Positions 7,464-7,778 of a stretch of 7,778 bases of DNA are shown here, piece after piece. Below the pieces are notes generated by a model, which saw only the letters and a list, made by a program, of their open reading frames with translations, searched no databases and had not been told where the DNA came from. Within the stretch, counting starts at the first letter, position 1, and each line of letters begins with the position of its first letter. The translations under genes were made by a program, and so were the position numbers. Origin of the DNA: Amoeboradix gromovi X-113 (taxonomy: Eukaryota; Fungi; Sanchytriomycota); contig JADGIF010000487.1 of assembly GCA_018985225.1 (NCBI GenBank), forward strand, positions 1 through 7,778, read 5' to 3'.

Positions 7464-7519
7464 GACCTGTCAGCCAATCAAACAACAAATTTTAAATCAT
7501 CAGACCTGTCACTCAATCA
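7464..7519 (-). promoter_or_regulatory. Duplicated 17-bp element TGATTG(GC/AG)TGACAGGTC upstream of NDT80
   Basis: Plus strand GACCTGTCAGCCAATCA (7464-7480) and GACCTGTCACTCAATCA (7503-7519), 15/17 identical and 39 bp apart. They contain TGACAG and CCAAT/CAAT cores. The repeat is seen directly; function is inferred. Confidence 0.55.
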
Positions 7520-7676
7520 CGCTGTAAAGAAACATTCGAGACAACAAACAAAAACTAATCGATCACTTCAAGTACGATATCTTTAGATTCCTTGAAAATT
7601 AGACATTTAATACAAAACCAGATACTGAGCTTTGTAGTCATTTCATGCTTGACAATTGGGACACCAAATATAAAAA

Positions 7677-7778
7677 CTAGACTAACTCGTTTTTAAAGGT
7701 CCTCCATACGGAGGAAATGCTATCATTAATAAAAGATCTTCTTCTATTATACCAATTTTCTTTCATTAATTGTATTCC
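7677..7778 (-). CDS. Probable 3' end of a gene entering from the right edge (GIQLMKENWYNRRRSFINDSISSVWRTFKNELV*), product unknown
   Basis: This is the only minus frame open from the window edge to TAG at 7679-7677; the other two stop within about 11 codons. Gene density makes a neighbour likely. There is no adjacent AATAAA, only ATTAAA about 65 nt downstream. Confidence 0.45.
   Translation of the reverse strand, partial: GIQLMKENWYNRRRSFINDSISSVWRTFKNELV

Noticed and set aside
7335-7586. 83-aa + strand ORF over the NDT80 promoter
   Set aside because: It starts at TTG, overlaps the NDT80 start antisense, has no recognisable motif and no AATAAA at its stop. The internal DLS.N repeat (period 39, a multiple of 3) mirrors the 17-bp duplication, so a coding origin is not fully excluded.
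7700-7715. Perfect hairpin TCCTCC-ATAC-GGAGGA
   Set aside because: It is only 6 bp, lies within the probable coding tail, and is expected by chance.

Overview
An AT-rich, extremely compact, apparently intron-less eukaryotic locus using the standard genetic code. It is most likely from a reduced early-diverging fungus or relative; this is inferred from the Ndt80-type factor, the Axl2-like protein and the gene packing, and the organism cannot be named from sequence alone. Five complete ORFs cover 6666 of the 7064 bp between 309 and 7372 (94%), with gaps of 121, 28, 62 and 187 bp. They are a shortened eIF2B epsilon (GCD6, -), symplekin/Pta1 (+), a probable Mediator subunit Med19 (-), a single-pass Axl2/dystroglycan-type cadherin-like glycoprotein with no visible signal peptide (-), and an NDT80/PhoG transcription factor with a Q11 tract (-). 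The 3' end of another gene probably enters from the right edge, and 1-300 is unexplained. No rRNA, tRNA, CRISPR or mobile element is supportable. I see no clear new multi-gene system. The best leads are regulatory or structural: a duplicated 17-mer with a TALE-homeodomain-like core upstream of NDT80, AATAAA at or within 6 nt of every stop codon, possible uORFs before eIF2B epsilon, and the unusual architecture and 5' end of the Axl2-like gene.
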